DNA of 64,000 nucleotides from Acidimicrobiales bacterium (GTDB lineage Bacteria > Actinomycetota > Acidimicrobiia > Acidimicrobiales > Bog-793): the NCBI GenBank assembly GCA_049514105.1, contig JBEKVJ010000001.1:5954-69953 (forward strand). The letters run 5' to 3'. A model generated the notes under the pieces. It saw only the letters and a list, made by a program, of their open reading frames with translations, searched no databases and was not told the DNA's origin. Below are positions 1-10,053 of the stretch, piece by piece. The translations under genes were made by a program, and so were the position numbers. How positions within the stretch are numbered: the stretch's first letter is position 1; each line of letters starts with the position of its first letter.

Positions 1-310
1 TCCGCTGTTGCGTCTCATGCCCCTTAAGGAGGAAGGCTTCGGTCTCGACACCGAAGTGAGTGCCGAATTGCTGCGCCGAGGCTTTCGTCCCTTCGAGGTT
101 CCGGTGAGCTACGTTGGGCGCTCTCGCGAAGAGGGAAAAAAGATTCGGTTGTCCGACGCCTTTCGATGCTTTGAAGTGCTCGTCAGGGTCAGGTTGCGCG
201 GACGTACGCGATACGGGATTCGGGACAAGTCGCTTCTTCCAAGTGTCTCGGAGTCAATGCTCTCAGAGACGACGGTGTTGTCCGAGGTCGCAAACGCAAT
301 GGACATGTGA
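1..310 (+). CDS. Glycosyltransferase family 2, C-terminal fragment (5' end outside window)
   Basis: The frame is open from the window edge to the stop at 308-310. The translation ...EEGFGLDTEVSAELLRRGFRPFEVPVSYVGRSREEGKKI... resembles the C-terminal part of Dpm1-like GT2 enzymes. It is the first gene of a same-strand glycan operon. Confidence 0.55.
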   Translation, partial: PLLRLMPLKEEGFGLDTEVSAELLRRGFRPFEVPVSYVGRSREEGKKIRLSDAFRCFEVLVRVRLRGRTRYGIRDKSLLPSVSESMLSETTVLSEVANAMDM

Positions 311-328
311 ATCGGACAAACTTGCAAG

Positions 329-1546
329 GTGGCGATGGCCAGTCCGAAGGCGAGGATGTCGGTCGCAGTCGTAACGGACGCGCTCCATCCGTACCATCGC
401 GGTGGCAAGGAGATGCGTTACTTCCAGTTACTTTGCCGCTTGCAGTCGTCGTTCGACGTTCACGTTTACACCATGCACTGGTGGCCTGAACGCTCGAGGA
501 TCAGGCGAGACCAGGGCATCGAGTACGAAGCCATTTGCCCACTGTTTGAGCTGTACAAAGGGACTCGAAGATCGATGCTGCAGGCGATTGTCTTTGCGAT
601 CGCCTGTCTTCGGCTGGTCGGCAAGCGATTCGATGTTGTGGAGGCCGACCACATGCCCTACCTGCAGCTTTACACTCTGCGAGTCGTGACGAGCCTAAGA
701 CGACGGCCCCTTGTCGTCACATGGAACGAGGTCTGGGGCCCGGAGTACTGGCGTACGTACCTCGGCTCAGTATCTGGGACTCTCGCCTGGTGGATCGAGC
801 GGACGGCTATGAGGTTGCCGAATCAGATTCTTGCGGTGTCGCCAGGTACGGCGGACCGGTTGAAGGCTTACCTCGGGGACTCCGCGCCAATTCGCCTGAT
901 TCCCAACGCTGTGGACCTCGCCTTGATTCAACAAGTCGAACCCGCTGACCCAAGTGAGGCGTCTGACCTCTTGTTTGTCGGGCGCTTGCTGGAACACAAG
1001 GGTGTCAACCTTCTTATTGACGCGATGGCTCTGCTCAGGACCGATTCTCCGGCCCGGCTGTTGATCGTCGGGGACGGTCCCGAGAAGGCCAATCTCGAGA
1101 AGAAGGTAGCGGAGATGGGCTTGGCGAATATGGTGCGCTTCCGCTCGGACGTCAAGGACAACTCCGAAGTCTTCGCTCTGATGAAAGCCGCTCGAGTTTT
1201 CGTCTTTCCCTCGCTTCGCGAAGGTTTTGGCATCGCGCCCCTCGAAGCACTCGCCTGTGGCACGAGCGTCGTGACGACCTCTCATCCTGACAACCTGGCG
1301 CGTCATCTAGTAGCGCGGTCCGACCGGGGCTATGTCACCGAACCGACGGCGCACGCCCTCGCCAACGGCATCAAGAGAGCCCTGGACGACCTGACCTCGG
1401 GCAGCCGGCCGGTCGAGACTTGGATCGAGGAGTTCGACTGGAGCACTGTCGCGGGCGAGTACGTAGAGGCTCTAAACTTTGCCGTCGCGGGTTCCACCGC
1501 GGCAAGTGAGGGTGGTCGGGCGGCCTCGGCCAGCCAGCAGATCTGA
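329..1546 (+). CDS. Glycosyltransferase, GT-B fold (GT4-like)
   Basis: 405-aa ORF with the typical GT4 C-terminal motifs LLFVGRLLEHKGV... and FPSLREGFGIAPLEALACGTSVVTT. Confidence 0.85.
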   Translation: MAMASPKARMSVAVVTDALHPYHRGGKEMRYFQLLCRLQSSFDVHVYTMHWWPERSRIRRDQGIEYEAICPLFELYKGTRRSMLQAIVFAIACLRLVGKRFDVVEADHMPYLQLYTLRVVTSLRRRPLVVTWNEVWGPEYWRTYLGSVSGTLAWWIERTAMRLPNQILAVSPGTADRLKAYLGDSAPIRLIPNAVDLALIQQVEPADPSEASDLLFVGRLLEHKGVNLLIDAMALLRTDSPARLLIVGDGPEKANLEKKVAEMGLANMVRFRSDVKDNSEVFALMKAARVFVFPSLREGFGIAPLEALACGTSVVTTSHPDNLARHLVARSDRGYVTEPTAHALANGIKRALDDLTSGSRPVETWIEEFDWSTVAGEYVEALNFAVAGSTAASEGGRAASASQQI

Positions 1547-1561
1547 TTTCGGGGCGACTAT

Positions 1562-3322
1562 ATGGCGCACTCACTATCAGCTCAACCGGACCGCCTTGCT
1601 GGGCGTTCCGCGTCTCCACGCGTGACGGTTGTTTTGCTCCCCGGGGCGTCGGACTGGGCTGAGGCCACGGCGGTCACTCTCGAGACACTCGCTTCACAGA
1701 CACTGTCGGCGCAGTACGAGATCGTAAGTTCCGTTACTGTCGACCCCGCGCAAATCTCTAGGACCCTTGGCGATCGCGTTGTCAGTTCCACGAGCGCCGG
1801 AACCGGTCCGCCTGACCTCAGACGATGTAGCGCTGAGTGGGTGGCGCTGGTTGCCGCTGGCGACCGATGGCCGACAGATCGGCTCGCGACGGCTTTCGAA
1901 GCATCCGAAGGCGTCGATGTCTTTTATAGCGATGTGAGCCTGGTCGGGCCAGGGCGCTCCGAAAGGAGAACACTAGGGGAGTTCTTCCCAGTTCCACCCC
2001 CAGAGGAGTTGTTCGACGGACTCCTCGACCAACTGTGCCTGCCCCGTTCCTCCGCGATAGTTCGCAGGGCGGCATGGGATCTGGTCAAACCCACTGATGG
2101 TGTCGGAAACGCCTGGGACCTCGACCTTTGGCTGCAGCTGTACGCAGAGGGCTGCACCTTTCGTCGACTCGATGAGGCTCTGCCGGTGGTCGAGTATCCC
2201 AAAGCATGGACCCAGGTGGAGCGCTTGAAATTCCTCGTCGGTTCGGTGGCGGCTTACCGCGCGCTCGCCAACCGTGGCGGTGCTCAGGCTAAACGAGCGC
2301 AGCAGAGGCAGTCCGATGCGCTTTCGGAGCTTCTCATTTTCAGCCGGTACCAGGGCCTCGCGCCTCGGGACCGCCTTTCGGTCCTTGCCGTACCTGAAGT
2401 CCGGCGGTCGATGCCCACCGCCGTCGCGCAGCTCGCTGCGGGACTGATGCCCGGCGTGATCAGACACTACCGACCGGGGCTTGTGAACTTCCGCCCTCGC
2501 ACTCCGACGCTTGACTTCCTGGCGAAGCGCCCGCTTCACGACTGTTCATTTCTCTCAGATTCTCTCTGCAGCCGTACTCCACTCGTGACGATTGCCATAC
2601 CCTGCTACAACCACGGACGCTTCCTTGCGGGGGCAGTCAACAGTGCTCTCAACCAGACATACCCGAAAATTGAGATTGTTGTCGTCGACGACGGCTCTAC
2701 AGACGAGACACCGCAGGTCGTAGCCGGATTCGGAGCCTCGATCCGGGGGTTCCGGCACGACAACGCCGGGGCTGCGGCCACATACAATTTCGCCGCCAGC
2801 GTCGCCAGTGGCGAATATCTCGTTTACCTCGACGCGGACGACGAGCTCCACCCGCTCTACGTGCAAGAGCTGCTCGGAGCTTTCTGTGATCGAGAAGGCG
2901 ACGATTCTCTGGGGTTCGTCTACTGCCAGATGCAGCTATTCGAGCGCGAGCGGCGAATAACCTGGTACCCGGATTTCAATCTAACGGTGCTCGGCTATGG
3001 TAACTATGTGAATTCGGCGGCGCTTTTGCGGAGCCGAGCCCTGCGCGACGCCTCGTTCGATCCGACGTTCGCGGGTACGGAAGACTGGGATTTCTTCCTC
3101 ACTCTTACCGACCACGGATGGACTGGGCAGCTTGTCGACCTGCCCTTGTTGCGGTACCGGACACATGCTGACGAGGGAAGCAGAAACGACCGTATGCGAT
3201 CGCGCAAGCGTCACCGTACTTTGCTTTCCCAAATAGCGCAGAAGCACAGCGGCTTGCCGCGTCAGCCCATCGTGCGGCGAGGCCTCGGTTTCGACTCTTA
3301 CGTACGAACCGGCGCGCGATGA
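1562..3322 (+). CDS. Two-domain glycosyltransferase family 2
   Basis: 586-aa ORF. The C-terminal half has the GT2 signature VTIAIPCYNHGRFLAGAVNSALNQTYPKIEIVVVDDGSTDET...YLDADDE. The N-terminal half is a degenerate GT-A-like domain. Confidence 0.8.
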   Translation: MAHSLSAQPDRLAGRSASPRVTVVLLPGASDWAEATAVTLETLASQTLSAQYEIVSSVTVDPAQISRTLGDRVVSSTSAGTGPPDLRRCSAEWVALVAAGDRWPTDRLATAFEASEGVDVFYSDVSLVGPGRSERRTLGEFFPVPPPEELFDGLLDQLCLPRSSAIVRRAAWDLVKPTDGVGNAWDLDLWLQLYAEGCTFRRLDEALPVVEYPKAWTQVERLKFLVGSVAAYRALANRGGAQAKRAQQRQSDALSELLIFSRYQGLAPRDRLSVLAVPEVRRSMPTAVAQLAAGLMPGVIRHYRPGLVNFRPRTPTLDFLAKRPLHDCSFLSDSLCSRTPLVTIAIPCYNHGRFLAGAVNSALNQTYPKIEIVVVDDGSTDETPQVVAGFGASIRGFRHDNAGAAATYNFAASVASGEYLVYLDADDELHPLYVQELLGAFCDREGDDSLGFVYCQMQLFERERRITWYPDFNLTVLGYGNYVNSAALLRSRALRDASFDPTFAGTEDWDFFLTLTDHGWTGQLVDLPLLRYRTHADEGSRNDRMRSRKRHRTLLSQIAQKHSGLPRQPIVRRGLGFDSYVRTGAR

Positions 3323-4059
3323 GCCTCCTAGTACGACTGAAGCGGACCCATCCGACAGAGGCTCCTACTGGCAAGCAGGCTCCTTTGGTCCTGATTTCTC
3401 CGCATCTCGACGACGCCGTATTCAGTTGCTCCCAGGTGCTCTTGGCTCATCCCGGCACAACGGTTATTAGCGTATTTGCAGGACGCCCCCCTGACGGTCG
3501 CTGGAGCGAGTGGGACGAGAAGTGTTTCTTACCTGGGCAAGACCCGATGACAGTCCTGCGGGAGGAGGATCGACAGGCACTCCAGTGTCTAGGCGCGACG
3601 CCAGTTCATCTGCCGTTCCTCGATGTCGAATACGGAACCACTTACGAGATCGAAGAGATCGCGGATGCGATCGCGGCGCAGCTGGATGCCCTTGGCCCTG
3701 AGTCGGTGCTTATCCCGCTCGGGATCCAGCACCTAGACCACGTCACAACGCACAGAGCGGTCGTTCGTCTGATCCGGGAACGTCCACAGATCCGATGGAT
3801 CATCTACGAGGAGCTTCCATACCGGCTCGAATACGCGGAATACCGCCAGACCCAAGTGCGTGAACTGCTTGAAGGGGGATTTCGGCTGTCCGAGCTTGCC
3901 TTGCCCCGTAATCTGAGCACGCGGCCAAAGTTACGCGCGATCCACAAATACGAGTCTCAGTGCAAGGCCATGGGCAGGAAGAGGATCCGGCTGGCTCTGC
4001 TGGACGAACGGTATTGGGAGGTTTCGGTAGTGGGAGATACCGAGGCGGTCGGCCCGTGA
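3319..4059 (+). CDS. PIG-L/LmbE-family deacetylase
   Basis: 246-aa ORF with the N-terminal motif LVLISPHLDDAVFSC and a later HLDH, as in LmbE-like N-acetylglucosaminyl deacetylases. It shares an ATGA start/stop overlap with the upstream GT2. Confidence 0.7.
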   Translation: MSLLVRLKRTHPTEAPTGKQAPLVLISPHLDDAVFSCSQVLLAHPGTTVISVFAGRPPDGRWSEWDEKCFLPGQDPMTVLREEDRQALQCLGATPVHLPFLDVEYGTTYEIEEIADAIAAQLDALGPESVLIPLGIQHLDHVTTHRAVVRLIRERPQIRWIIYEELPYRLEYAEYRQTQVRELLEGGFRLSELALPRNLSTRPKLRAIHKYESQCKAMGRKRIRLALLDERYWEVSVVGDTEAVGP

Positions 4060-4152
4060 GCAAGCCTTGGTCAGCCAATAAGACTCCTCCGTCGCCTCGA
4101 TGACAGACCCGTTCGCACCCGAGCCAACTGTCCCAGAGGAAGCAGCTCCCGG

Positions 4153-5355
4153 ATGTTAGAGACGGCGACTTCGAACCGTTCGGGAGTTCGAAGGGCGAAG
4201 CGGAAGCACCTCCGAGGTTTTAAGCGCAACGCCAGCCGGCTGGCGGGCGGACTCGTTGTTCTCGGGCTCGTCTGTTTCGGCGTGGTGGCAACGAGCACGA
4301 CATTGGCCAGGAAGGACGTAGGTGTCTCCACTGGCCCCCCGACCGTCCCTGGGTCCACGACGATGCCGGTTTCCACTCGGCCTTCGACTGTTCCCACTAC
4401 TACGGTCTTTCCGGTGGTTGGATCCGGCGGATCTGACCGGCCTCCAGGCCTCGTACAAGCCGGTGACTCCAAGACAGCGTGCATTTCCGGTGGACCGGGT
4501 CCGGGTTTGCGCGAGGTAGAGAGGATCACAGGGATCACCTACAACTGCATCGAGACCTACACCGACGTCGACCACACATGGGCCTCTTGGGTCAATCCCT
4601 GGATCGCGAGTCCCGCCCAGCCCTTTATCGCCTGGGTGGCAGCTGATCCCACCCACCGTCAGCTTATTGACACCCAGAATCTCATTCCCGATAGCGAGGA
4701 GAGTAACGCCAGCTGGACAGCGGAGTGCGCTGCCGGTGCCTTCAATGCTTACGCCAAGGAATTCGCGGCAAATATGGTTACAGCTGGCTTCGGCTACTCG
4801 GTAATCCGCCTGGGCCACGAGATGAACGGCACTTGGGAGAACGACAGCCTCGGGGCCAACGTGACTCAGTGGCGACTGTGGGCGCAATGCTTCGCTCAAG
4901 AGGTCACGGCGATGCGGTCGGTTTCGAGCGCCCACTTTCTCTTCGAGTGGAATGTCAACGAGGGCTACCGTGTCATTCCGCTTGCTGATTACTACCCGGG
5001 CAACGCCTACGTTGACATCATCGGTCTTAGTTTCTACGATCAAAGTGGAAATCCGTTGCCTCCAGTTGGCAACTCGCGCAGGTGGCAAGCACTCGTAAGC
5101 GAGCCAATGGGGCTAGATCAGGTTTATGCGTTCGCAGTGCAACATGGCAAGCCGTTCAGCCTCCCCGAATGGGGCACGGTGACGACCCAGGGTGACGACG
5201 GAAACTACGTGGCGAACGTGGGCGCTTTCGTCACTGGCAACGACGTCGCCTATCAGGCGTGGTTCAATGCCGGAGATCTGAAGATCTTTCCGCTCAGTCC
5301 GACCCAGGACCCACGCTCAGTCGCCGCGTATGTGCGGACCATGCCGCGCGGGTGA
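4153..5355 (+). CDS. Membrane-anchored GH26-like glycoside hydrolase (paralog 1)
   Basis: 400 aa. It has a basic N-terminus plus a TM segment (LAGGLVVLGLVCFGVVA) and a Pro/Thr/Ser linker. The catalytic-domain motifs IRLGHEMNGTW, YYPGNAYVDIIGLSFYD and FSLPEWGT are reminiscent of GH26 mannanase-type enzymes. It is about 70% identical by eye to ORF 16065..17654. Confidence 0.7.
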   Translation: MLETATSNRSGVRRAKRKHLRGFKRNASRLAGGLVVLGLVCFGVVATSTTLARKDVGVSTGPPTVPGSTTMPVSTRPSTVPTTTVFPVVGSGGSDRPPGLVQAGDSKTACISGGPGPGLREVERITGITYNCIETYTDVDHTWASWVNPWIASPAQPFIAWVAADPTHRQLIDTQNLIPDSEESNASWTAECAAGAFNAYAKEFAANMVTAGFGYSVIRLGHEMNGTWENDSLGANVTQWRLWAQCFAQEVTAMRSVSSAHFLFEWNVNEGYRVIPLADYYPGNAYVDIIGLSFYDQSGNPLPPVGNSRRWQALVSEPMGLDQVYAFAVQHGKPFSLPEWGTVTTQGDDGNYVANVGAFVTGNDVAYQAWFNAGDLKIFPLSPTQDPRSVAAYVRTMPRG

Positions 5356-5418
5356 CCACAACAGCTTCGACCTGATCGCGGGTGCCAGAACCGAGCACGG
5401 CGCGAAGGAACGTAATAC

Positions 5419-6096
5419 TTAGGGTTTCGTGGCTCGGATGCCAACAAGGCATGGCCAGTAAGGGTCGTTAAGCCGCCAAGCGCGCTGTGGCAGATCCTCA
5501 ACAGCCATACCGCACCAGATGCCGATTCCCACCAAGGCGTTTCCATAAGGTGTGACGGAGACCTCCCAAGAGAGATCAGCAAACAACGCCGAAGCACCTG
5601 CGGGCAGGAATCGCCAGTAGTCGATACCGTCCCCCCCAGCTGGTTCTTCGCGTCCCAAGCAGGCGACCGTAAGGAGCGCGGTTCCACCAGCGGCAAGGAT
5701 ACGATGCAACTCGCATACGCCCCGGCGCGGGTCACGGAGAAATGACAGCGTCTCCGTCACAACAGCACAGTCGTAGGACGCGTCTGGCACCATATTAAGA
5801 TCTTGGAGGTCTCCCACTACATTCGCACGGTGGTTGTCAACATCGATATCTAGGACGTCGAACCTGGTAACTCGATCACCGCCGAATCGGCGAAGATAGG
5901 AATCATCCCTTATCTCGATACAACGGCCTCGGATATACTCTCTGTTCTGCGCCAGGAATTGCTCGATATAGCGTCGGTCTGCCGGTTGTCCACGATCGAA
6001 GCCATACACAGTACTCAAGGGATGTGTGCGCATCGTTGCGAGATACAAGCGAGAGCGGAATTGAAAAATCCGCGAGATTCGTTGCCGCAAACTCAT
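5419..6096 (-). CDS. Class I SAM-dependent methyltransferase
   Basis: 225 aa with the methyltransferase-fold pattern ...RCIEIRDD...DVLDID...YDCAVVTETLSFLRDP...LHRILAAGGTALLTV. Confidence 0.65.
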   Translation of the reverse strand: MSLRQRISRIFQFRSRLYLATMRTHPLSTVYGFDRGQPADRRYIEQFLAQNREYIRGRCIEIRDDSYLRRFGGDRVTRFDVLDIDVDNHRANVVGDLQDLNMVPDASYDCAVVTETLSFLRDPRRGVCELHRILAAGGTALLTVACLGREEPAGGDGIDYWRFLPAGASALFADLSWEVSVTPYGNALVGIGIWCGMAVEDLPQRAWRLNDPYWPCLVGIRATKP

Positions 6097-6103
6097 GAGC
6101 TCA

Positions 6104-7234
6104 TCAGTCTCCCGAGTTTCTGACAGCCTCTAGAACGACACCGAACTCCTCTTCGGTTAGGGCGTGTGCAATCGGGAGGCTAAAGCACCTCGTAGCTAAG
6201 TCCTCGGCAAGTGGCGTTGGCGAGGCTGCCATTCCTGGTAGCGAGGACAAAGCGTACGGATAGAACCTGCGGGTCTCGACGTCGTGCTGCCGCAGGCGGT
6301 CCTGCAGTGTTCCCCTCATCGCTTCATCGTATGCCGACACGGTAAACTGATGGAACACGTGCCGTGGAGAAATCTGATCGTCCAGTCTTGAGGCTTCAGG
6401 CGGAACAGTTACCGAATTCGGCCAAGCCTCGATGCATGCATCGGCGAGCTGACGGGCGCGATCGCGCCGACGCTGCGTGAACTCAGCCAACATCGGCATC
6501 TGAGTCAGTGCGAGCGCGGCGCCTAATTCGTTCATCCTGTAGTTCAAGCCGATCAATCGCCGCCCGTCCACTTCAATCGTCTGGTGGTCGGCGAGCGCGC
6601 GCACCCGGTCGGTTATCTGGGTATTCGGTGAGACAACGACTCCCCCCTCTCCAGCAAAGACATTCTTGGTCGCGTACAGCGAGAAGGTTGTCACATCCGC
6701 TCGGCGTCCAATCGGCTCTCCCACACTGTCGTGGGCGCCAACTGCCTGAGCAGCATCCTCGATGACAACCAGTCCGTGCTGTCGAGCAGTGGCGATTGCT
6801 TCGTCAGTTCCTGCGGTGTTTCCGAACAGGTCGACAACTACGAGCGCTCGAGCTTGCGGGTATCGCCGGATCGCGTCCGCAAGAGCGCTGTCGTCGATGT
6901 TGTACGAGTCCGGGCTGATGTCTACCGCGACAACCCGGCACCCAAGAGCGAGGAAGGCGTTGGCTGTACTGGCAAACGAGAACCCTGAAACCAGTACGGT
7001 GTCATCAGGAGCAATGCCGGTGGCCATGCCTGCGAGAACAAGCGCGACAGTGCCGTTCGCGACAGCGACGGCATTCTCAGCACGCGTAACGGCTAAGAAA
7101 CTCTGCTCAAGCGCAGTGATACAGGGACCGCGAGCTACGACTCCACTCTTGAGCGTGGCAGCGACGGCATCGAGACCGCTGGCCGACACTCGTACTGGGT
7201 TGCTGTTGATCATTCGTGGAGCTCCTTGAGTCAT
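6104..7234 (-). CDS. DegT/DnrJ/EryC1/StrS-family sugar aminotransferase (PLP-dependent)
   Basis: 376 aa. It has the FSLYATKN motif (PLP-lysine region) and GxxGDxxxFSF-like architecture, and sits next to the oxidoreductase. Confidence 0.9.
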   Translation of the reverse strand: MTQGAPRMINSNPVRVSASGLDAVAATLKSGVVARGPCITALEQSFLAVTRAENAVAVANGTVALVLAGMATGIAPDDTVLVSGFSFASTANAFLALGCRVVAVDISPDSYNIDDSALADAIRRYPQARALVVVDLFGNTAGTDEAIATARQHGLVVIEDAAQAVGAHDSVGEPIGRRADVTTFSLYATKNVFAGEGGVVVSPNTQITDRVRALADHQTIEVDGRRLIGLNYRMNELGAALALTQMPMLAEFTQRRRDRARQLADACIEAWPNSVTVPPEASRLDDQISPRHVFHQFTVSAYDEAMRGTLQDRLRQHDVETRRFYPYALSSLPGMAASPTPLAEDLATRCFSLPIAHALTEEEFGVVLEAVRNSGD

Positions 7235-7271
7235 TGTCTCGATTAGCCGAGTAGTCAGTTGGGCTCATCAC

Positions 7272-8249
7272 TTACCGTGTTGGGTCCGCCTCCATTATCA
7301 TCGCACTTGCAGCATCGGCGATAAACGACACAGCTAGTGCACTTTGAGGTGTCGCGAGCATTGGATCGGGTCCGCCACTCAGGCTCGCAAGAAGTGCCTT
7401 GAGTTCGTCGGCCAGAGGCTCGCGAGTTCGTGGCGCGAGACGCATTCCGAGGTCATGGGGTGAGACCGTGGCGAACGCGGCCAGCTCGCCGTCGTCGAAC
7501 GACTGGGACGGGCTCTTTAGGACGTCCATGTGCTGGCCGAGGAGATCGGCGACAAGGTATGCCTTCTCCGTCAGTACCGAGATCGTCCGTTCCCGGCGCG
7601 CCGCCATCCTGCTCGACTCGATGCCGACGGTCAGATCATCAGAGCGAAGGAGTAGCTGTGCGGTGTGAATCTGTCCAGTGGAGTGGTCGACACGACCGCC
7701 AGCTCCCAGCAGCCGCGGCGCGGCATTCAGGTTACAAACCAAGTCGATGTCATGCACCGATAGGTCATGGATCACGTCCGCGTCTTGCGGCTCCGAAGCG
7801 GGAATACCGAATCGCTTCATGACCATCGATATGGGACCTCCGATCACACCCGAGCGCATAACGTCACCGAGCAGCCGCACTACCGGGTTGAAGCGTTCGA
7901 CGTAGCCTACAAACAGCGCAGTTCCTGTCGAATTCATGAGCTCGATCAGAGCTTCCCCCTGAGCAAAGTCTGCGGCGATCGGCTTCTCAACAAGGGTCGG
8001 CACGTTGCGCCTTAGCAGCGTTTCTACGATCTCGGCATGCGTTGTCGTAGGTGACGCCACGATGGCGGCGTCGTAACCGGAGTACTCAAGGGCGGTAGCC
8101 AGATCAGTAAAGTGTTTGCCGGCACCAGTCCTTGTAGCGAATCTCGGATCCACGGTCACTATCAGCTGTGCGAGATCGAACCGCAATGCGACGTCGAGAT
8201 GCCGGTGGCCTTGGCGGCCATAGCCGACAATAAGAAGGCTGTCAATCAA
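7272..8249 (-). CDS. Gfo/Idh/MocA-family NAD(P)-dependent sugar oxidoreductase
   Basis: 325 aa. It has an N-terminal Rossmann motif LLIVGYGRQGHRH and an EKP motif (LVEKPIA). Pairing with a DegT aminotransferase is typical of 3-amino-sugar pathways (WbpB/WbpE-like). Confidence 0.85.
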   Translation of the reverse strand: MIDSLLIVGYGRQGHRHLDVALRFDLAQLIVTVDPRFATRTGAGKHFTDLATALEYSGYDAAIVASPTTTHAEIVETLLRRNVPTLVEKPIAADFAQGEALIELMNSTGTALFVGYVERFNPVVRLLGDVMRSGVIGGPISMVMKRFGIPASEPQDADVIHDLSVHDIDLVCNLNAAPRLLGAGGRVDHSTGQIHTAQLLLRSDDLTVGIESSRMAARRERTISVLTEKAYLVADLLGQHMDVLKSPSQSFDDGELAAFATVSPHDLGMRLAPRTREPLADELKALLASLSGGPDPMLATPQSALAVSFIADAASAMIMEADPTR

Positions 8250-8312
8250 TTCAGAACCTCCGATCGAAACGTAGATGGTGGTTGTCGCGCTCGGACGTGC
8301 AAGCTTGTCTCA

Positions 8313-9827
8313 TCACGCTTGCTTGCGCTGGGCCACCTGCTGGCGCAGCATGCCGATATAAGTTGAGCGCTCCTGAGAGTCCAGCATGACCGAAAGGCCG
8401 AAACACACGGCGAACACTCCCGCAGAGGCTGTCAAGAGCACGAGCAGATTAGAGAACTCTTTAGGACCCGCCGCTACCAGTCGGAGAATCCCGTACACGG
8501 CCGCATTGACAGCGACGGGTAAAGCGAGGCGGCGCAAAAGCCGGGAGTAGGGAAGCTCGATCAGTCGGCAGGCTAGGGGTATGTAGATGCCGAGCGCCAT
8601 CACAGTCAGCGGGATGGTAGTGCCCAGTGCCACGCCGAGAATTCCCATCCGCTTGGCGAGAATGACGCTCAGGATCAGATTCGCAGCGGCCTCTGCGAGG
8701 GAAAGGAGCGAGATAAGCCGGTAGCGGTTGAGAGCCAGTACGACTTGATTCGCGGCACCCTCCAGCGCGGCTAACAGGTAGCCGATTGAGAGAACGACGA
8801 GGGTCGAGAGGGAGCTTTCGAAGGAGCGACCGACCCAAAGCGCGAGTAGCTGTCGGCCCCATAGGGCGAACACCACGACGCCTGGCATGGCCACAGCCGC
8901 GACTAGACGCGTGGCTTCGAGCAGCAGTCTTCGTAGGTCATCCATCGCACCTTGGGCCCGCAGCGACGCCGCGGCCGTGAGCGACACCATGTTGAACTGG
9001 TCGCCGGCAGTCTGGAGCGTTGACGCCGGACCGAGCGCCACTTGGAAGGACGCGACCGCAGAGGTACCGATCACAGCGCCGACGACGATGTTGTCCGTGC
9101 TGAAAATGAGATGTGAAGCAAAATTCATTAGGAAGATCCAGACGCTCATGGAGAACATCTGTCGGGTTATGGCCCAGCTGAACTTTCCCTGACGGACTTT
9201 CACCCCGAATCGCTTGCGTGAATGGCGGATCTTGGCACAGAAGCCGACGACGTTGAGGGCGGCCGTCAAGGAGACCAATGCCACAATGCCGAAGCCAGCT
9301 AGCAGGAGTACCATGCCGACACCTACCTGCAGCGCCTGGGTCAGAATTCCGAGGACGTTCATGTACCGGTAGTCACCGTGTGCCTGATGCACCGCTGTGT
9401 AAATCGCCGAAGGAAATGACACACCGATTCCGAGGGCGGCGATGGCCAGTGTGGTCTGGAAGAGATGCAGGTTCTCTCCAGATACCTTGAACAGTCCACC
9501 AACGAAGGGCTCCATCCCGAGGAGCACGGCGAATACGACCGCCCCGATCGCGACGAACATGGCGATGGCATTGCGGACGATAGTTGTTATCTCATCGGTC
9601 GGACCGGCGTGGGCGCGCTCGGCAACCATCTTCATCACCGTGATGCCGATGCCGAGGTCGAGAAGATTCGAGTACGAGATAATCGAGGTTGTGAGGACGA
9701 GTATCCCGAACCGGGCGTGGCTCAGCCGGTGTACCACGAACGCTGTGTAGGCAAACCCCGTGATGGTTATGAAGCCTGTGCCCAAGTAATTATAGAGGAT
9801 GCTACTGACGACCTTTGAGGCCTTCAT
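8313..9827 (-). CDS. Wzx-like oligosaccharide/polysaccharide flippase (MOP superfamily)
   Basis: 504 aa and multi-TM throughout, with an N-terminus typical of polysaccharide biosynthesis flippases (SILYNYLGTGFITITGF...). Confidence 0.8.
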   Translation of the reverse strand: MKASKVVSSILYNYLGTGFITITGFAYTAFVVHRLSHARFGILVLTTSIISYSNLLDLGIGITVMKMVAERAHAGPTDEITTIVRNAIAMFVAIGAVVFAVLLGMEPFVGGLFKVSGENLHLFQTTLAIAALGIGVSFPSAIYTAVHQAHGDYRYMNVLGILTQALQVGVGMVLLLAGFGIVALVSLTAALNVVGFCAKIRHSRKRFGVKVRQGKFSWAITRQMFSMSVWIFLMNFASHLIFSTDNIVVGAVIGTSAVASFQVALGPASTLQTAGDQFNMVSLTAAASLRAQGAMDDLRRLLLEATRLVAAVAMPGVVVFALWGRQLLALWVGRSFESSLSTLVVLSIGYLLAALEGAANQVVLALNRYRLISLLSLAEAAANLILSVILAKRMGILGVALGTTIPLTVMALGIYIPLACRLIELPYSRLLRRLALPVAVNAAVYGILRLVAAGPKEFSNLLVLLTASAGVFAVCFGLSVMLDSQERSTYIGMLRQQVAQRKQA

Positions 9828-10053
9828 CGCGTCTATACAGCCTTGTTAGATTCCACACGACTGGCAAGCGACGACGACGCCGAGAGTGGCTGTAAACCAG
9901 TGGGTCGAGCCACCCGATCGCAACCAAGAGCTTGCGAGCCGGAAGGGAGTTGCGACGATGACCATTCAAGGCCCGACGGCTCGCCCTTGTTTTCGGTGCT
10001 GGCACAATGGCGTCGCGACCCAACGGACTGTTTGGTTGCCGCTTCGCGTACTC

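Noticed and set aside
4156-5088. 310-aa minus-strand ORF
   Set aside because: It is antisense to GH26-like paralog 1, which has a conserved paralog supporting the plus-strand frame.
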